Assembly (NCBI GenBank): GCA_963765765.1
Contig: CAVXYC010000001.1
Location: forward strand, 334,514-398,513
Length of the DNA: 64,000 nucleotides
Source of the DNA: an uncultured Chloroflexia bacterium
GTDB lineage: Bacteria > Chloroflexota > UBA6077 > JACCZL01
Reading direction: 5' to 3'
The translations under genes and the position numbers were made by a program. A model generated the notes under the pieces. That model was not told the origin of the DNA. It worked only from the letters and a program-made list of their open reading frames with translations, and did not search any database. Each line of letters starts with the position of its first letter. Position 1 is the first letter of the stretch. This document shows, one piece after another, positions 32,464 to 42,385 of the stretch.

Positions 32464-32516
32464 GAAGCAGTAAGGAGGCGCTCATCCGCCGGGATCGAGC
32501 GCCTCCTTACTGCTTC
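32464..32516. terminator. perfect 20-bp hairpin
   Basis: GAAGCAGTAAGGAGGCGCTC ... GAGCGCCTCCTTACTGCTTC. Confidence 0.6.
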
Positions 32517-32703
32517 ATAACTTCAAGCTAATGCTGTCGGAGCCGGGACCCCGCGGAAGCTTGGCGCGCTGAGCACAGCGAGTATGACTGTTAAAGCAAC
32601 ACAGCTTGAAGCCGAACGTTCGAGGCGGTAGGAGTGTTCTGCGGTAGGAAGTGTTCTTTAGGAAGAGTCGCGCAGGAGCGAGCGCAGTATCAAGGGGAAC
32701 GCC

Positions 32704-33178
32704 ATGAGCGCGAGCGAAGCCGGGATAAGCAGGGTGCTGACGCGTATCGACGCGCGCTGGCAGGAGCTTCAAAATTCGATCGAAGGACTTGACGGACGCT
32801 CAGCTCGTTGAGCCCGGGACTATGGACGAATGGTCCATCCGAGACATGCTGGCGCACGTCACCACCTGGGAAGAGCAGGCGCTGGAGCATCTTCCGACGA
32901 TCATCGCGGGCGGTCGCCCGCCCAAGTACGTGACCTACGGCGGAATCGATGCTTTCAACGCCATGATGACGGAGAAGAAGCGCGATCTTTCAATTCATGA
33001 AGTGAAGCGGCAGATGGCTGACACGCATCGTCGATTGGTGGACTTCGTTCGCAACGCGCCCACGGAGCATTTCAGCACCGATACACGCGCACGTCGCCGA
33101 CTGCGCTGGGACACCTACGGACATTACGCACTCCACGCCAAGGCAATTCGGGAGTGGCGCAACGAGACGAACGCGTAG
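32704..33178 (+). CDS. DinB/ClbS/DfsB four-helix bundle protein (frameshift near 32788)
   Basis: AAGGGG RBS and ATG at 32704; WSIRDMLAHV..WE, DAFNA, TYGHYALH. Confidence 0.82.
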
Positions 33179-33184
33179 CTCGCG

Positions 33185-33275
33185 CCTGGGGCCGCGGGCG
33201 TCCCGCCCGACCCGGTGCTCGAGTTTGTGCGGAATGTGATCGTAGGTACCGGGGTCGGGCGCCCGCGGTCCCAGG
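33185..33275. repeat. paired inverted repeat (REPIN-like, CTGGGxCCGCGGGCGTCCCGCCCG family)
   Basis: CCTGGGGCCGCGGGCG...ACCCGGT / ACCGGGGT...CGCCCGCGGTCCCAGG between convergent genes; a related single unit lies near 15660-15690. Confidence 0.7.
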
Positions 33276-33278
33276 AGG

Positions 33279-34190
33279 TCAGACGCGAATCGAGCTCAAG
33301 AACTCCAACGCCAGGGAGTTGAAAATCTCAGCAGTCTCGATCTGAGGCCAATGGCCACAGCGGGGTAACAGGGTGGTGCGGCAGTTGGGGATGACCAGGC
33401 CAGCTTCAGCGGCTGCGCGGATCAGCGCGGGCGCAATGTCCGCCGGAAAGAAGTGCCGTTCGTCTCGCCCATAGATGAGATATGTGGGTGCCTGGATTTT
33501 TGCCAGACCCTCGGACCCGAAGTTGGAGCGCCCCCGAGTGACTTGCTGGAACGCATCGGCCCGCGCGCGCTCCAGCATGCCCGGCTGCTGGAGAGTCTTG
33601 AGTCGCATGGCTGCCACTTCGTCGACGGCCGGATGATTCGCATCATAGAAGAAGTCGGCGGTGGCCTTGCGGATGTGCTCTGGCCTGACCTCGGTCTGGC
33701 TCAGCATTTCGCGCACGAACTCGAGCCGGGGTGTCTTGCCGAGCTCCGGTACGATTGTCGCCGCTTCTGTCGTATCAGCCCGTGGCTCTCCGCCTGTCAA
33801 GATTGCGCAAGCGACGCGCTCGGGCTGGTCGATCGCCGCGGCGGTAATCGTCATGGAGCCCATGGAGTTGCCGATCATGGCCGCGCGCCGAATATCAAAG
33901 TGATCCATGAAAGCGGCCAAGAATCGAACGCCGCTCACCGAGTTTCCGGACGAGGCTCCGGTTTGTCCAAACCCTGGGGCATCCGGCGCGAGCACATGGT
34001 ATCCGGCGCCGGCGAGCGCATCGAAGTTGCGGTACCAGCACATGCCGGCTGAGGTTCCGTGCCCTCCGGTCTGCATCAAGATGAGCGGCGGGTCGCCAGC
34101 ATCGCCGGCTTCGTGAAAGTGGACGTGCATGCTGTCGCCGTCCACCGTAATGGTGGTGAACTCATCCTGAACCATAGTCGCTTTCTCCAT
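33279..34190 (-). CDS. alpha/beta hydrolase, BphD/MhpC (meta-cleavage product hydrolase)-like
   Basis: APDAPGFGQT, IGNSMG nucleophile, IYGRDE, CGHWPQIE. Confidence 0.85.
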   Translation of the reverse strand: MEKATMVQDEFTTITVDGDSMHVHFHEAGDAGDPPLILMQTGGHGTSAGMCWYRNFDALAGAGYHVLAPDAPGFGQTGASSGNSVSGVRFLAAFMDHFDIRRAAMIGNSMGSMTITAAAIDQPERVACAILTGGEPRADTTEAATIVPELGKTPRLEFVREMLSQTEVRPEHIRKATADFFYDANHPAVDEVAAMRLKTLQQPGMLERARADAFQQVTRGRSNFGSEGLAKIQAPTYLIYGRDERHFFPADIAPALIRAAAEAGLVIPNCRTTLLPRCGHWPQIETAEIFNSLALEFLSSIRV

Positions 34191-34246
34191 ACTTAGAGCG
34201 CTCCGCGGAATGGCCCAAACACGCCTCATTTAGTGCAGTGTAATGA

Positions 34247-34346
34247 CCCCTGTGGTGGTGTCGGGCGTCTCGCCCGACTGTCCTCACATGATCCGGAGGG
34301 CATCATCGAGAACGCTCCGGCGAGACGCCCGACACCACCACAGGGG
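34247..34346. repeat. paired inverted repeat (GTGGTGTCGGGCGTCTCGCC family)
   Basis: CCCCTGTGGTGGTGTCGGGCGTCTCGCC / GGCGAGACGCCCGACACCACCACAGGGG; related units near 50562 and 50790. Confidence 0.8.
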
Positions 34347-34425
34347 GAGCGCTACGCGTGCCGGCAAGATGCCCAGCGCCACCGTCCTGACCCGGGCGCG
34401 AGGCCTGCAAGACGCCGCGCCTAGC

Positions 34426-35658
34426 TTACTGCGTGGCCTGGTACGCCTTGTAGATGCCGAAGACTTTGCCCAGGAGGTCTTTGCCGCGCTCAGTGTTGGG
34501 TGAGGCATAGGACTCGAGCTTGCTGAAGTCGGGAAACTCGGCGGCGTTGAGGACGGGCACGTCCGTGCGCCGGCTGTTGCCCTGCATAGCCTCGGCCCAG
34601 GCCATCTGCCCCTCGCGTGAGAGCAGCCAGTTGACCCAGACTTTTGAGGCGTTGGGATGCGGAGAATTCTTGAAAACACCAACGCCTCGGGCCGCCATAT
34701 AGAGCGGGCCCTGCTGGAAGTCCACGTTCTTTCCAATATCCTGCTTCTGGAACTCCAGAAGGAAATTCTTGTCCACCCCCACGGCCAACGGATAGCGGCC
34801 AGTGGAGATCCATTCAGTAGTGACGCGGACGTTCTCTTGAATCACTGGTTTTTGCTCAGTGAAGAGCTGCTTCACAAAGTCCTCGCCTTTGGCAAAGAGG
34901 AATCCAGTGAGCGAGAGGCTGCCATGCGCGGGTACAGACGGATCGTCAAACACGATCTTGCCGCGGTATTTCGGATCGAGCAGATCGTCGACGCTGTTCA
35001 TCTCGCCTCGTGGAACGACGTCGCGATTGACCGAATAGCCGCCAACGACGTCCATCGCATGGACGAAGACCAACGTTTGCTTGGTCACGTCATGGGCCCA
35101 TGACTCGAATCCGCCGGCCCACTTGCTGTCGTCCATCGCGTCCGGAAGTAGGAACTGTGTTCGCAAATCGATGAACGCGCCGGTTGGCGCCAGCACGTTG
35201 ATCATGTTGGACGTCGATGCGGTCATCACGTCCCAGGAGTAGACGCCGTTCTGCTGCTCCGCGATCACTTTGGGGGAGATATCACTTGGCCGAGCGCCGG
35301 TGTGCTCCACTTTGATGTCCGGGTACTTCTCCTGGAACAGCTCCACGAGACGCTTATAGTCCGTGCCCGGATGCGTGATGAGGGTCATTTTGCCTTCTTG
35401 CTTGGCGGCGGCCAGGGTCTTGTCCCATTCAGCCTGCCAGCCGTCCTTCGCGGCGGCGGGAGCGGCCTCGGTCTTGGCAGCCGGCGTACTCGTAGGTGCC
35501 TTGGCAGCAGCGGGAGCCTGGGTTGGGCTCGATTTACTCTCAGAGGGTGCTGATGGCGCGGGCGAGCATGCCACCACCGCTACGACGGAGAGAGCGATGG
35601 TGGCCTGAATGAGCGAGCGGATAGTCATGGTCGGTGCCTCCAGAATGCTCCGGTTCAT
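34426..35658 (-). CDS. ABC transporter substrate-binding lipoprotein, AfuA/FbpA-like
   Basis: VVAC lipobox; AAAKQEG, DLLDPKYRGKI, PHPNASKVWVNWLLSREGQ, SRRTDVP. Confidence 0.9.
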   Translation of the reverse strand: MNRSILEAPTMTIRSLIQATIALSVVAVVACSPAPSAPSESKSSPTQAPAAAKAPTSTPAAKTEAAPAAAKDGWQAEWDKTLAAAKQEGKMTLITHPGTDYKRLVELFQEKYPDIKVEHTGARPSDISPKVIAEQQNGVYSWDVMTASTSNMINVLAPTGAFIDLRTQFLLPDAMDDSKWAGGFESWAHDVTKQTLVFVHAMDVVGGYSVNRDVVPRGEMNSVDDLLDPKYRGKIVFDDPSVPAHGSLSLTGFLFAKGEDFVKQLFTEQKPVIQENVRVTTEWISTGRYPLAVGVDKNFLLEFQKQDIGKNVDFQQGPLYMAARGVGVFKNSPHPNASKVWVNWLLSREGQMAWAEAMQGNSRRTDVPVLNAAEFPDFSKLESYASPNTERGKDLLGKVFGIYKAYQATQ

Positions 35659-35697
35659 GTCCGCGCGGACGCGCCGAAGAAGAATCGGGTGTGCTCG

Positions 35698-37002
35698 CTA
35701 AGCAATGCCAGCTAGCTCGCGGTCCTCCGCGTGATACATTTGCGAGAGCAGCACATCTCGCCACGATTGTTTGTCCGGCACAATCTGCTCAATCGCGCGG
35801 ATGCGATGGTAACTGTCGGTGACCCCGGGCGGATCGCCTCCTGCTTCCACCTGCCTGACCGCGTTGATCAGGATTTGGCGTGCCACGATCACCGCCCGGT
35901 CAGCCGGGCCAAGATGCTCACGAGTCCGGTCCACGATGGTCCCCATGGTCTCTTGCATGGCTCGGTCCTGCGTGTTGATACCGGCGATGCCCGTGAACGT
36001 CTCCGTGCGCTGCACGGCTCGATCGATTCGGAAGTTGTTGCGCGGATGGCTCATGGATCGGAACGTGCGCTGGTCCACGTGATCCGCGCCGTTGCCGTTG
36101 CCGCGTTCCAGCTTGTCTTCCTCAGTGAGCGGCTCGTCGCCAAAGCTGTAGCCCCAATTCCACACCATGGTGGTGTGGTCGTCCATTGGGACCCAGTAGT
36201 GGCCGTGAATCTGAGGAAGGTACGAATCCGGCTTGCCCGCGCCCGCCTGGAACTGTTGCGGTCGAATCTGCGTGAACGGCATCACGAAGTGGTAGCCGCG
36301 CACGTAGGTGTTTCCATCGCCCATGTCCCGCACGCCGAAATATCGGTAGCCGTAATCGGTGATGTCCACCTCGAGCGTGGGTGCCTTTCCACGCACAAAC
36401 GCGGACGCCATCGGGATGCCAGGATGCTTAGAAGCAGGGTTCATCTTGCGGTGCAAGATAGGCGCGTGAGACGAGTCGATGCCGCCTTCAAGTCCTTGCA
36501 GCCAGTTGGACTCCTGGATCACTTTGGACACATGGCGATGACTCTCCGCCGCGCGGGTCCATTCAAAGCTCGGATCTGGCGGCCTGTTTTCGGGAGCTCC
36601 GAGGTATGCCCAGATGATTCCGCCCATCTCCACCGTCGGGTAAGCGGTCAGCTTCACCTTGTCTGTAAACGGCACCGGCTCGTTCATCTGCTCGACGCAG
36701 TTGCCATCCACGTCAAACTTCCAGCCGTGGTAGACGCAACGGATGCCGTTCTCCTCATTACGCCCGAACCACAGCGAGGCCAGCCGATGCGGGCAGGATT
36801 CCTCGACCATGCCGACGCGGCCGCTGGTATCGCGAAACGCGAGCAAATCCTCGCCGAGAAGCTTGACGCGCACTGGCTCACAATCTGGGGCGGGCAGCTC
36901 CCACGAGAGCAGCGCCGGCATCCAGTAGCGGCGCATCAACGTACCCATGGGCGTTCCGGGCCCTACGCGCGTGATGAGCTGGTTGTCCTCGCGATTCAGC
37001 AT
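35698..37002 (-). CDS. Rieske non-heme iron oxygenase alpha subunit, phthalate 4,5-dioxygenase type
   Basis: MLNREDNQLITRVGPGTPMG; CPHR, CVYHGWKFD; EGGIDSSHAPILH; QDRAMQE; DRTREHLG. Confidence 0.92.
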   Translation of the reverse strand: MLNREDNQLITRVGPGTPMGTLMRRYWMPALLSWELPAPDCEPVRVKLLGEDLLAFRDTSGRVGMVEESCPHRLASLWFGRNEENGIRCVYHGWKFDVDGNCVEQMNEPVPFTDKVKLTAYPTVEMGGIIWAYLGAPENRPPDPSFEWTRAAESHRHVSKVIQESNWLQGLEGGIDSSHAPILHRKMNPASKHPGIPMASAFVRGKAPTLEVDITDYGYRYFGVRDMGDGNTYVRGYHFVMPFTQIRPQQFQAGAGKPDSYLPQIHGHYWVPMDDHTTMVWNWGYSFGDEPLTEEDKLERGNGNGADHVDQRTFRSMSHPRNNFRIDRAVQRTETFTGIAGINTQDRAMQETMGTIVDRTREHLGPADRAVIVARQILINAVRQVEAGGDPPGVTDSYHRIRAIEQIVPDKQSWRDVLLSQMYHAEDRELAGIA

Positions 37003-37267
37003 TTGTCTGCACTCCCGCCACGAATGAATGCGACGCGGCTCTTTCCGAAACCGTACGAGCGCATAGGTATGAATGTCAAAGATGTGACGAGTTCTATGGT
37101 TATTTACAAGCGCCTCCGCGTGGAGAGGATAGGCTTCAGCATGCCTTCGTCGCGTCGGACGGAGCGTCTGAAATATCGAGGACCGAGCTGTGCGGACCCG
37201 CGGGTAGGCCGCTGAGATTGGGCAGAGCGCCGACATGCGAAATCTCGCGCGAATGCTTTGAGGCCGG

Positions 37268-37522
37268 TCAGGAAGGCGCTATGAAAACACGGATTGAACC
37301 GGCCGAGCGTTGATCTGATGAAGCTGGAGGGCCGCCCATCTGGGTCGGATGACGACCGCGATGACCCGGCCCTCGCCGCCAATCGCGTATCTTTCGCCAG
37401 AGCTTGCCATCCACGGTGGAGGTCTCTTCGAGCGGCTCCAGGACCGTCCCGTCGGACAGGAGCGCGATGGCGTTCGTAGCAGTGCCGGCTCCGTCACGAT
37501 AGGACACCGGTAGTGTCGACAC
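37268..37522 (-). pseudogene. SH3b-like domain remnant
   Basis: RDGAGT..NAIALL.DGT.L......DG..WRKIRD pattern, degenerate afterwards. Confidence 0.35.
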
Positions 37523-37636
37523 CTTGTCCGATTTTTCGTGAACCTAGATCTGTTTTAATCCTAGGGATCGATGCCCTTCGGGCAAGATGCCGGACACCAC
37601 CAAGACCTGCACGCCTGCCGACGCTTCTCATTCGCG

Positions 37637-38790
37637 CTAGTTCAGCGCCTCTTTGGCTATTTCGGCGGTCTTCTCCACGGCATCGACGGATGACTGATAC
37701 GTCACCAGATATTTGATGCCTGGGCTTGGGGCGAGATCAGGATGGGCTGCCGGGACGTCGGTGCGGCGGCTGTTCGTCAACGATGGCTTGGACCAGGCCT
37801 CTCCGCCCTCCTTGCTCAGGAGCCAGTGGATGAACAATTTAGCTGCGTTGGGATTGGGAGCTTTGGCGAAAAGGGAGATGTTGCTGGAGTCTGTGACGTA
37901 ATTGACATTGTCAAGCTGGACCTCCTTGATGTTCTTTGCCAGCCCTTCGGAGAGGAATTCCTGGAGCACCACGTCGTAGACCGCGCCGAGGCCGATGGCG
38001 TGCGTGCCGCGCACCATAGCTTCAGTGCTCTGGCGATTATTCCGCAGCAGCAGGACGTCCTGGTCTTTGTAGAGACGCTTGATGATGGTGTCGTCATTGA
38101 GCGCGAGACGCATGACCGTGGCGGGCCACCAGCCTGCCCCCACGGCACGCGGATCCGAGGAGACGATCTTGCCCTTCCACTTCGGATTGAGCAGGTCTTC
38201 GATCTTCGTGATCTCACCCTCTGCCACCATGTCCGTGTTGATATACAACGACTGTGAGCGATTCACGAAGGCGCGATAAATCCACTTCTTCTCGTCGTCG
38301 ACGAAGCCGGCCTCGAAGCCGTCTTGCCAGATGAGTCGGCGGTGAGCGCCGAGTCGTCGATCGCCGCCCGCACCGGCGTGATGACGCCTTCCTTAATAAG
38401 CGGGATCGTTGACGGCCCAAACGTATTAGCCTGCACGTCATACGCGTAGACGCCGGACTGGTATTCCTGAACGGCTCGTGGCGTGAACTGGCTTGAGTTG
38501 AGGTTAGTGTGATCGATGGAGATGCCAGGGTAGGCTTCCTCGAACGCGCTGATCCCGACGCGATAGCCTTCGCCAATCGTCGTGACGACCGAAAGCTTGC
38601 CTTCGCGCTTTGCCGCGGCCACGAGCTCATCGTGCGCGCTGGAAGCGTTGCTCTTTCCGGCGCTGCCAGGACCCGTGCTAGCAGGGGACGGAGCGCAGCC
38701 GACCACGACCGCCATGCCGGCGCTCGCAACTCCAATCGCGCGAATAAACTGACGGCGTGTCAACGTGGATGCAGATGCACGTGATGTCAT
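37637..38790 (-). CDS. ABC transporter substrate-binding Tat lipoprotein, AfuA/FbpA-like (frameshifts near 38330 and 38270)
   Basis: TRRQFI, VVGC, AAAKREGKL, DLLNPKWKGKI, APNPNAAKLFIHWLLSKEG, SRRTDVP. Confidence 0.85.
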
Positions 38791-38854
38791 GGGCTCCCTC
38801 TCCTTCGGTGTGCGGGCGTTCTCGATCCTTCAACTGTCCAATATGACCTCGGGT

Positions 38855-38943
38855 CACTGTCATCCTGAGTGCAGCGAAGGATCTTTCCACCGGATTCATT
38901 GACACCGGCGGGGAGATCCTTCGCTGCACTCAGGATGACAGTG
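38855..38943. repeat. paired inverted repeat (TGTCATCCTGAG..AGCGAAGGATC family)
   Basis: CACTGTCATCCTGAGTGCAGCGAAGGATCT / AGATCCTTCGCTGCACTCAGGATGACAGTG; same family at 46945. Confidence 0.9.
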
Positions 38944-38995
38944 CTCGGTGACGTCGGTAAGCGTTCGGCGCAGGGTTGATGCTCGTTAACGAGGA

Positions 38996-40733
38996 TCACC
39001 GTTCGCCAATACTCCGGTATCCAAACGCCCTTACCACCAGCGCCAGCCCGAGACTGACGAACAGCAGCATGGTCGCCATGACCGAAGCGACCTCGTACTT
39101 ACCCTGGGCGATGTATTCGAGCTGCATGATCGAGAGCGGCCTGATGGACGCGTTCGATAGGAGCGCTACCTGGGCAACGTTGCGAGCCGCGGCGATGAAG
39201 CTGATCACGGTAATGACCACCAGGCTCGGACTGATGAGTGGGAGCAGAATCTGGCGATAGGTGCGCCACCAATCGGCCCCGCTCAGCCAGGAGGCTTCCT
39301 CTAGCTCCTTGCTCATCTGCATCAGGTTGCTCTTCATCACCTGCACGGCCAGCGGCATGCCCGGCCACTAGCAGGACCAGGATGAGCGAGACCATAGATC
39401 CGTAGATCGGTCGGAACGGCGGCTGAAGCAGCATAGTCAGCATGCCGAAGCTGAGCAGAATGCCCGGCACGGTCACGGGTAGCCAGGTGAGAAAGTCCAG
39501 CGAGCCGCGTCCATAGAAGCGGGTTCGAATAATCACGTAGGCAATGAGCGGCATCACCAGCAGGCTGACGACAGCGGTGCCCGCGGCGAGCACACCTGTG
39601 TTCTGGATGGCTCGGACCAACAGCCGATCGTTGAACGCGGTGATCCAGTGCTTGAGCGTCCAGGGATCATCGATGAAGAAACCGAACAGCTTCATGAACG
39701 TGCCCATTACTGAAAAGACGATTGGTACGCCGATGATGAGCAGCGCGGTGACCGTGACAAAAGAGAAGGCGAGCCAGCGGGCGCGCGAGCCCAGTTGGGT
39801 GACCTGACCCTGGAATTGGCCGGTGACCGTCGTGAATTGGCGCTTATGGAGGTACGTGCGCTGGAGAAGGATGAGCCCCAGCGCCGCCAGCAGCATGAAC
39901 GTGCCCGTGGCTGAGACGGCCGCGTACCGAGGATTCGTCTGGTAGAGCTGGTCGTACATCCAGGTGCTAAAGACGAAGATCCCGGCCGGTGTGCCGAGAA
40001 TCTGCTCCACCTCGAAGGCCTCGAGCGATCGAACGACCGAGAGGATCTGGACGGCGAGGATCGCCGGCAGCATGAGCGGCACGAAGACGCGCGCCATGGT
40101 GCCCAAGGTGCTGGCGCCGGCCACCAATGAGGCCTCCTCGTACGCCGAGTTCATGTTTCGGAAGATCGGTGTGAGAATCATCACCTTGAGGGCGATGCTG
40201 CTACCCACCAGATGCACCCAGACGATGCCCCAGAACGAATAGATGTTCAACGGGCCGATGCCCAGGTCAGTCAAACCGACGCGCGCCAGAAGCTGATTGA
40301 ACAATCCGAACTTGGGGTCAAGAATCAGGATCCAGCTCAGCGTCACCGTAAGACTGGGAAGGAAGAACGCCAGCCAGAAGACAAACTCAAAGACGTTTCT
40401 GCCGGGCAGATCGGTGCGAGCCAGTAACCAGGCGATGAACACGGCGATGACCAGAGCCAGGAGCTGACGAGCCACCGTGAGGGTGATCGTGTTGTAAAGG
40501 GCTGTCTGAAGGGCGCGTTCTCCGAACACAGCCCGCCAGCCATCGATCGACCATGCGCCCGCTTGCCCCGGCATGGCCGTACGGAAGCTCTGCACGACCA
40601 TCTGCACGATAGGGAAGAGGACGAGCACTGCCACAATCGCAAGCAGGGCGGTGAGCCCCAGCGTTTCCCGAGAAGGGAGCCGTCGTGCTGGAGCCGGCAC
40701 ACGAGCGCGCGGAGCGGCGACTTCTGCTGACAT
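38996..40733 (-). CDS. iron(III)/AfuB-FbpB type ABC permease (frameshift near 39360)
   Basis: Two permease repeats with EAA motifs (YEEASLVAGA, LEEASWLSGA); ARTDLPGR. Confidence 0.9.
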
Positions 40734-40789
40734 CGATCAACTCCTGAGGGGCTCAGGCTACTGGATCGAGGGTGTTCGACTGAGTTCAG

Positions 40790-40888
40790 CGTAGTGGCGT
40801 CCCCTTGCCGGCGCCACCTGGGTCGCAACTGCCGGCGATTGCCGTCAGATGCCATTTCAGGTGGCGCCGGCAAGGGGACGCCACTACG
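40790..40888. repeat. GTAG-type REP pair (REPIN-like)
   Basis: CGTAGTGGCGTCCCCTTGCCGGCGCCACCTG / CAGGTGGCGCCGGCAAGGGGACGCCACTACG, perfect 31-bp arms. Confidence 0.9.
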
Positions 40889-40907
40889 TCTGGATCTGCG
40901 TTAGCGC

Positions 40908-41939
40908 TTACGCCGCTACTGGAACCTTCAGCCCGTAGAGCTTGCACACGTTTTCGCGCACTAGCTTGGCACGGTCCGCTTCCGGCAGATGGCCGAGATC
41001 GCGCTCGATGACCTTCAGCGAGTTCGGCCACGTGGAGTTGGGGTGTGGGTAGTCGTTGGACCACATGCAGTTGTCCACGCCCCACCACGCCAGGTTGTGC
41101 CCGCCGGTGGCGTCATTGAAGAAGGTGGCGAACACTTGCTCACGCACGTACTCGCTGGGCAGTCGCTCGATGGGTGGTGGGTTCACGGGATAGAAGCGCT
41201 TGTAGTAGTAGTCCCACTGCTGGATGAGGAACGGTAGCCAGCCGATCTCGTTTTCCACGATGACTAGCTTGAGTCCCGGGTGCTTGTCCAGGATGCCGTA
41301 AAAGACGAAATCAAACAGCGCATTTGCCGCGTCGAGCAGCTTGAGGTTGACGCTCCCGCGGTAGGTCTCCACGCCCTGGCGCGTACCGGTGCTGTGGTAA
41401 CTGTGGCCCGTCAGGATATGCAGGCTGATGGGCATGTCCAGGTCCTGGGAGGCTGCCCAGAAGCGGTTGTAATGATCGGACGTAAAGGGGAGATCCGGGT
41501 GCGGCGCTTGCCAGATAATGGAGCCTTTCAGCCCAGCCTTGGCACAGCGCTCGAGCTCGGCGACGCCGTGATCAACGTCGTACATGGAGATCGCCGGAAT
41601 GCCCACAAGTCGATCGGTCATGCCCTGGCAGTACTCGATGAGCCAGTCGTTGTAGACGCGGAAGCACGCTTCCTGAAGTCGCGCGTCCTGCAGCGCGAAC
41701 AATGGCAAACCGAGCGTGGGATAGAGGACCTCGGCGCTCACGCCATCGGTTGCCATCTCTTTCGCTCGTTCCCTGGGGTCCCACCCACCCGGCTGTGCTT
41801 GAAACCCCTCGCCAACCTTCCTGGGCGGATAGGTCGGCGCCACGTCGGCAAACTCTCGGGGCAGGCGCTCGACCCAGAGATTCGGGTCCTCCATCACATG
41901 GGAGTCCGCTGAGATGATCACTCCGGTGTTCGCAGCCAT
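40908..41939 (-). CDS. amidohydrolase family 2 protein
   Basis: ISADSHV, EVLYPT, YNDWL, ISLH, VENEIGW, WSNDYPH. Confidence 0.92.
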   Translation of the reverse strand: MAANTGVIISADSHVMEDPNLWVERLPREFADVAPTYPPRKVGEGFQAQPGGWDPRERAKEMATDGVSAEVLYPTLGLPLFALQDARLQEACFRVYNDWLIEYCQGMTDRLVGIPAISMYDVDHGVAELERCAKAGLKGSIIWQAPHPDLPFTSDHYNRFWAASQDLDMPISLHILTGHSYHSTGTRQGVETYRGSVNLKLLDAANALFDFVFYGILDKHPGLKLVIVENEIGWLPFLIQQWDYYYKRFYPVNPPPIERLPSEYVREQVFATFFNDATGGHNLAWWGVDNCMWSNDYPHPNSTWPNSLKVIERDLGHLPEADRAKLVRENVCKLYGLKVPVAA

Positions 41940-42095
41940 TTGGGAAACCTCCGTGCTTCAATCGATCGCAGAAATGGACATGAGCTTGGCTTACGTGCTC
42001 GGGTTGATGCGCCGGGAGATCTGTGAACTAGCTAGGCAAGGATCATAGGCGGGTTGCGGAAAGCCGTCAACGGATTGAGAGGGTGCGCGAAGCGC

Positions 42096-42194
42096 TTTGG
42101 ACTGCGGCGGTTTCGCCGCTTCCCTCCGAGCCGAGCGATGCGGAGGGCGGCTTGCAGCCTCGCGAGAAGGCGGCGAAGACCGCGGCAGTCTAAA
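42096..42194. repeat. paired inverted repeat (TTTGGACTGCGG family)
   Basis: TTTGGACTGCGGCGGTTTCGCCGC / GCGGCGAAGACCGCGGCAGTCTAAA, imperfect arms. Confidence 0.65.
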
Positions 42195-42281
42195 TGACTA
42201 GGCACAGATCCCTTCGGCAGTGCTCACAAATTAGTGTGACCAGACTCGCGCCCACTCGGCGTTGGTACATCGATTCGACAA

Positions 42282-42356
42282 TTGACGCTCCTTCCTAACT
42301 GGCGTACTCTCTTGCGCAGTCGTCTCTCTGCTAGTGCAGCCTGGTGTGATCACACC
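42282..42356 (+). promoter_or_regulatory. sigma70-type promoter plus palindromic operator
   Basis: TTGACG-N17-TACTCT (42282-42310); perfect palindrome GGTGTGATCACACC (42343-42356). Confidence 0.5.
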
Positions 42357-42385
42357 CGTAGTGTGTATCGCGAAGGAGGTCCACA

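Noticed and set aside
35731-37215. 494-aa plus-strand ORF
   Set aside because: Antisense shadow of the Rieske oxygenase gene, with no motifs; typical of GC-rich DNA.
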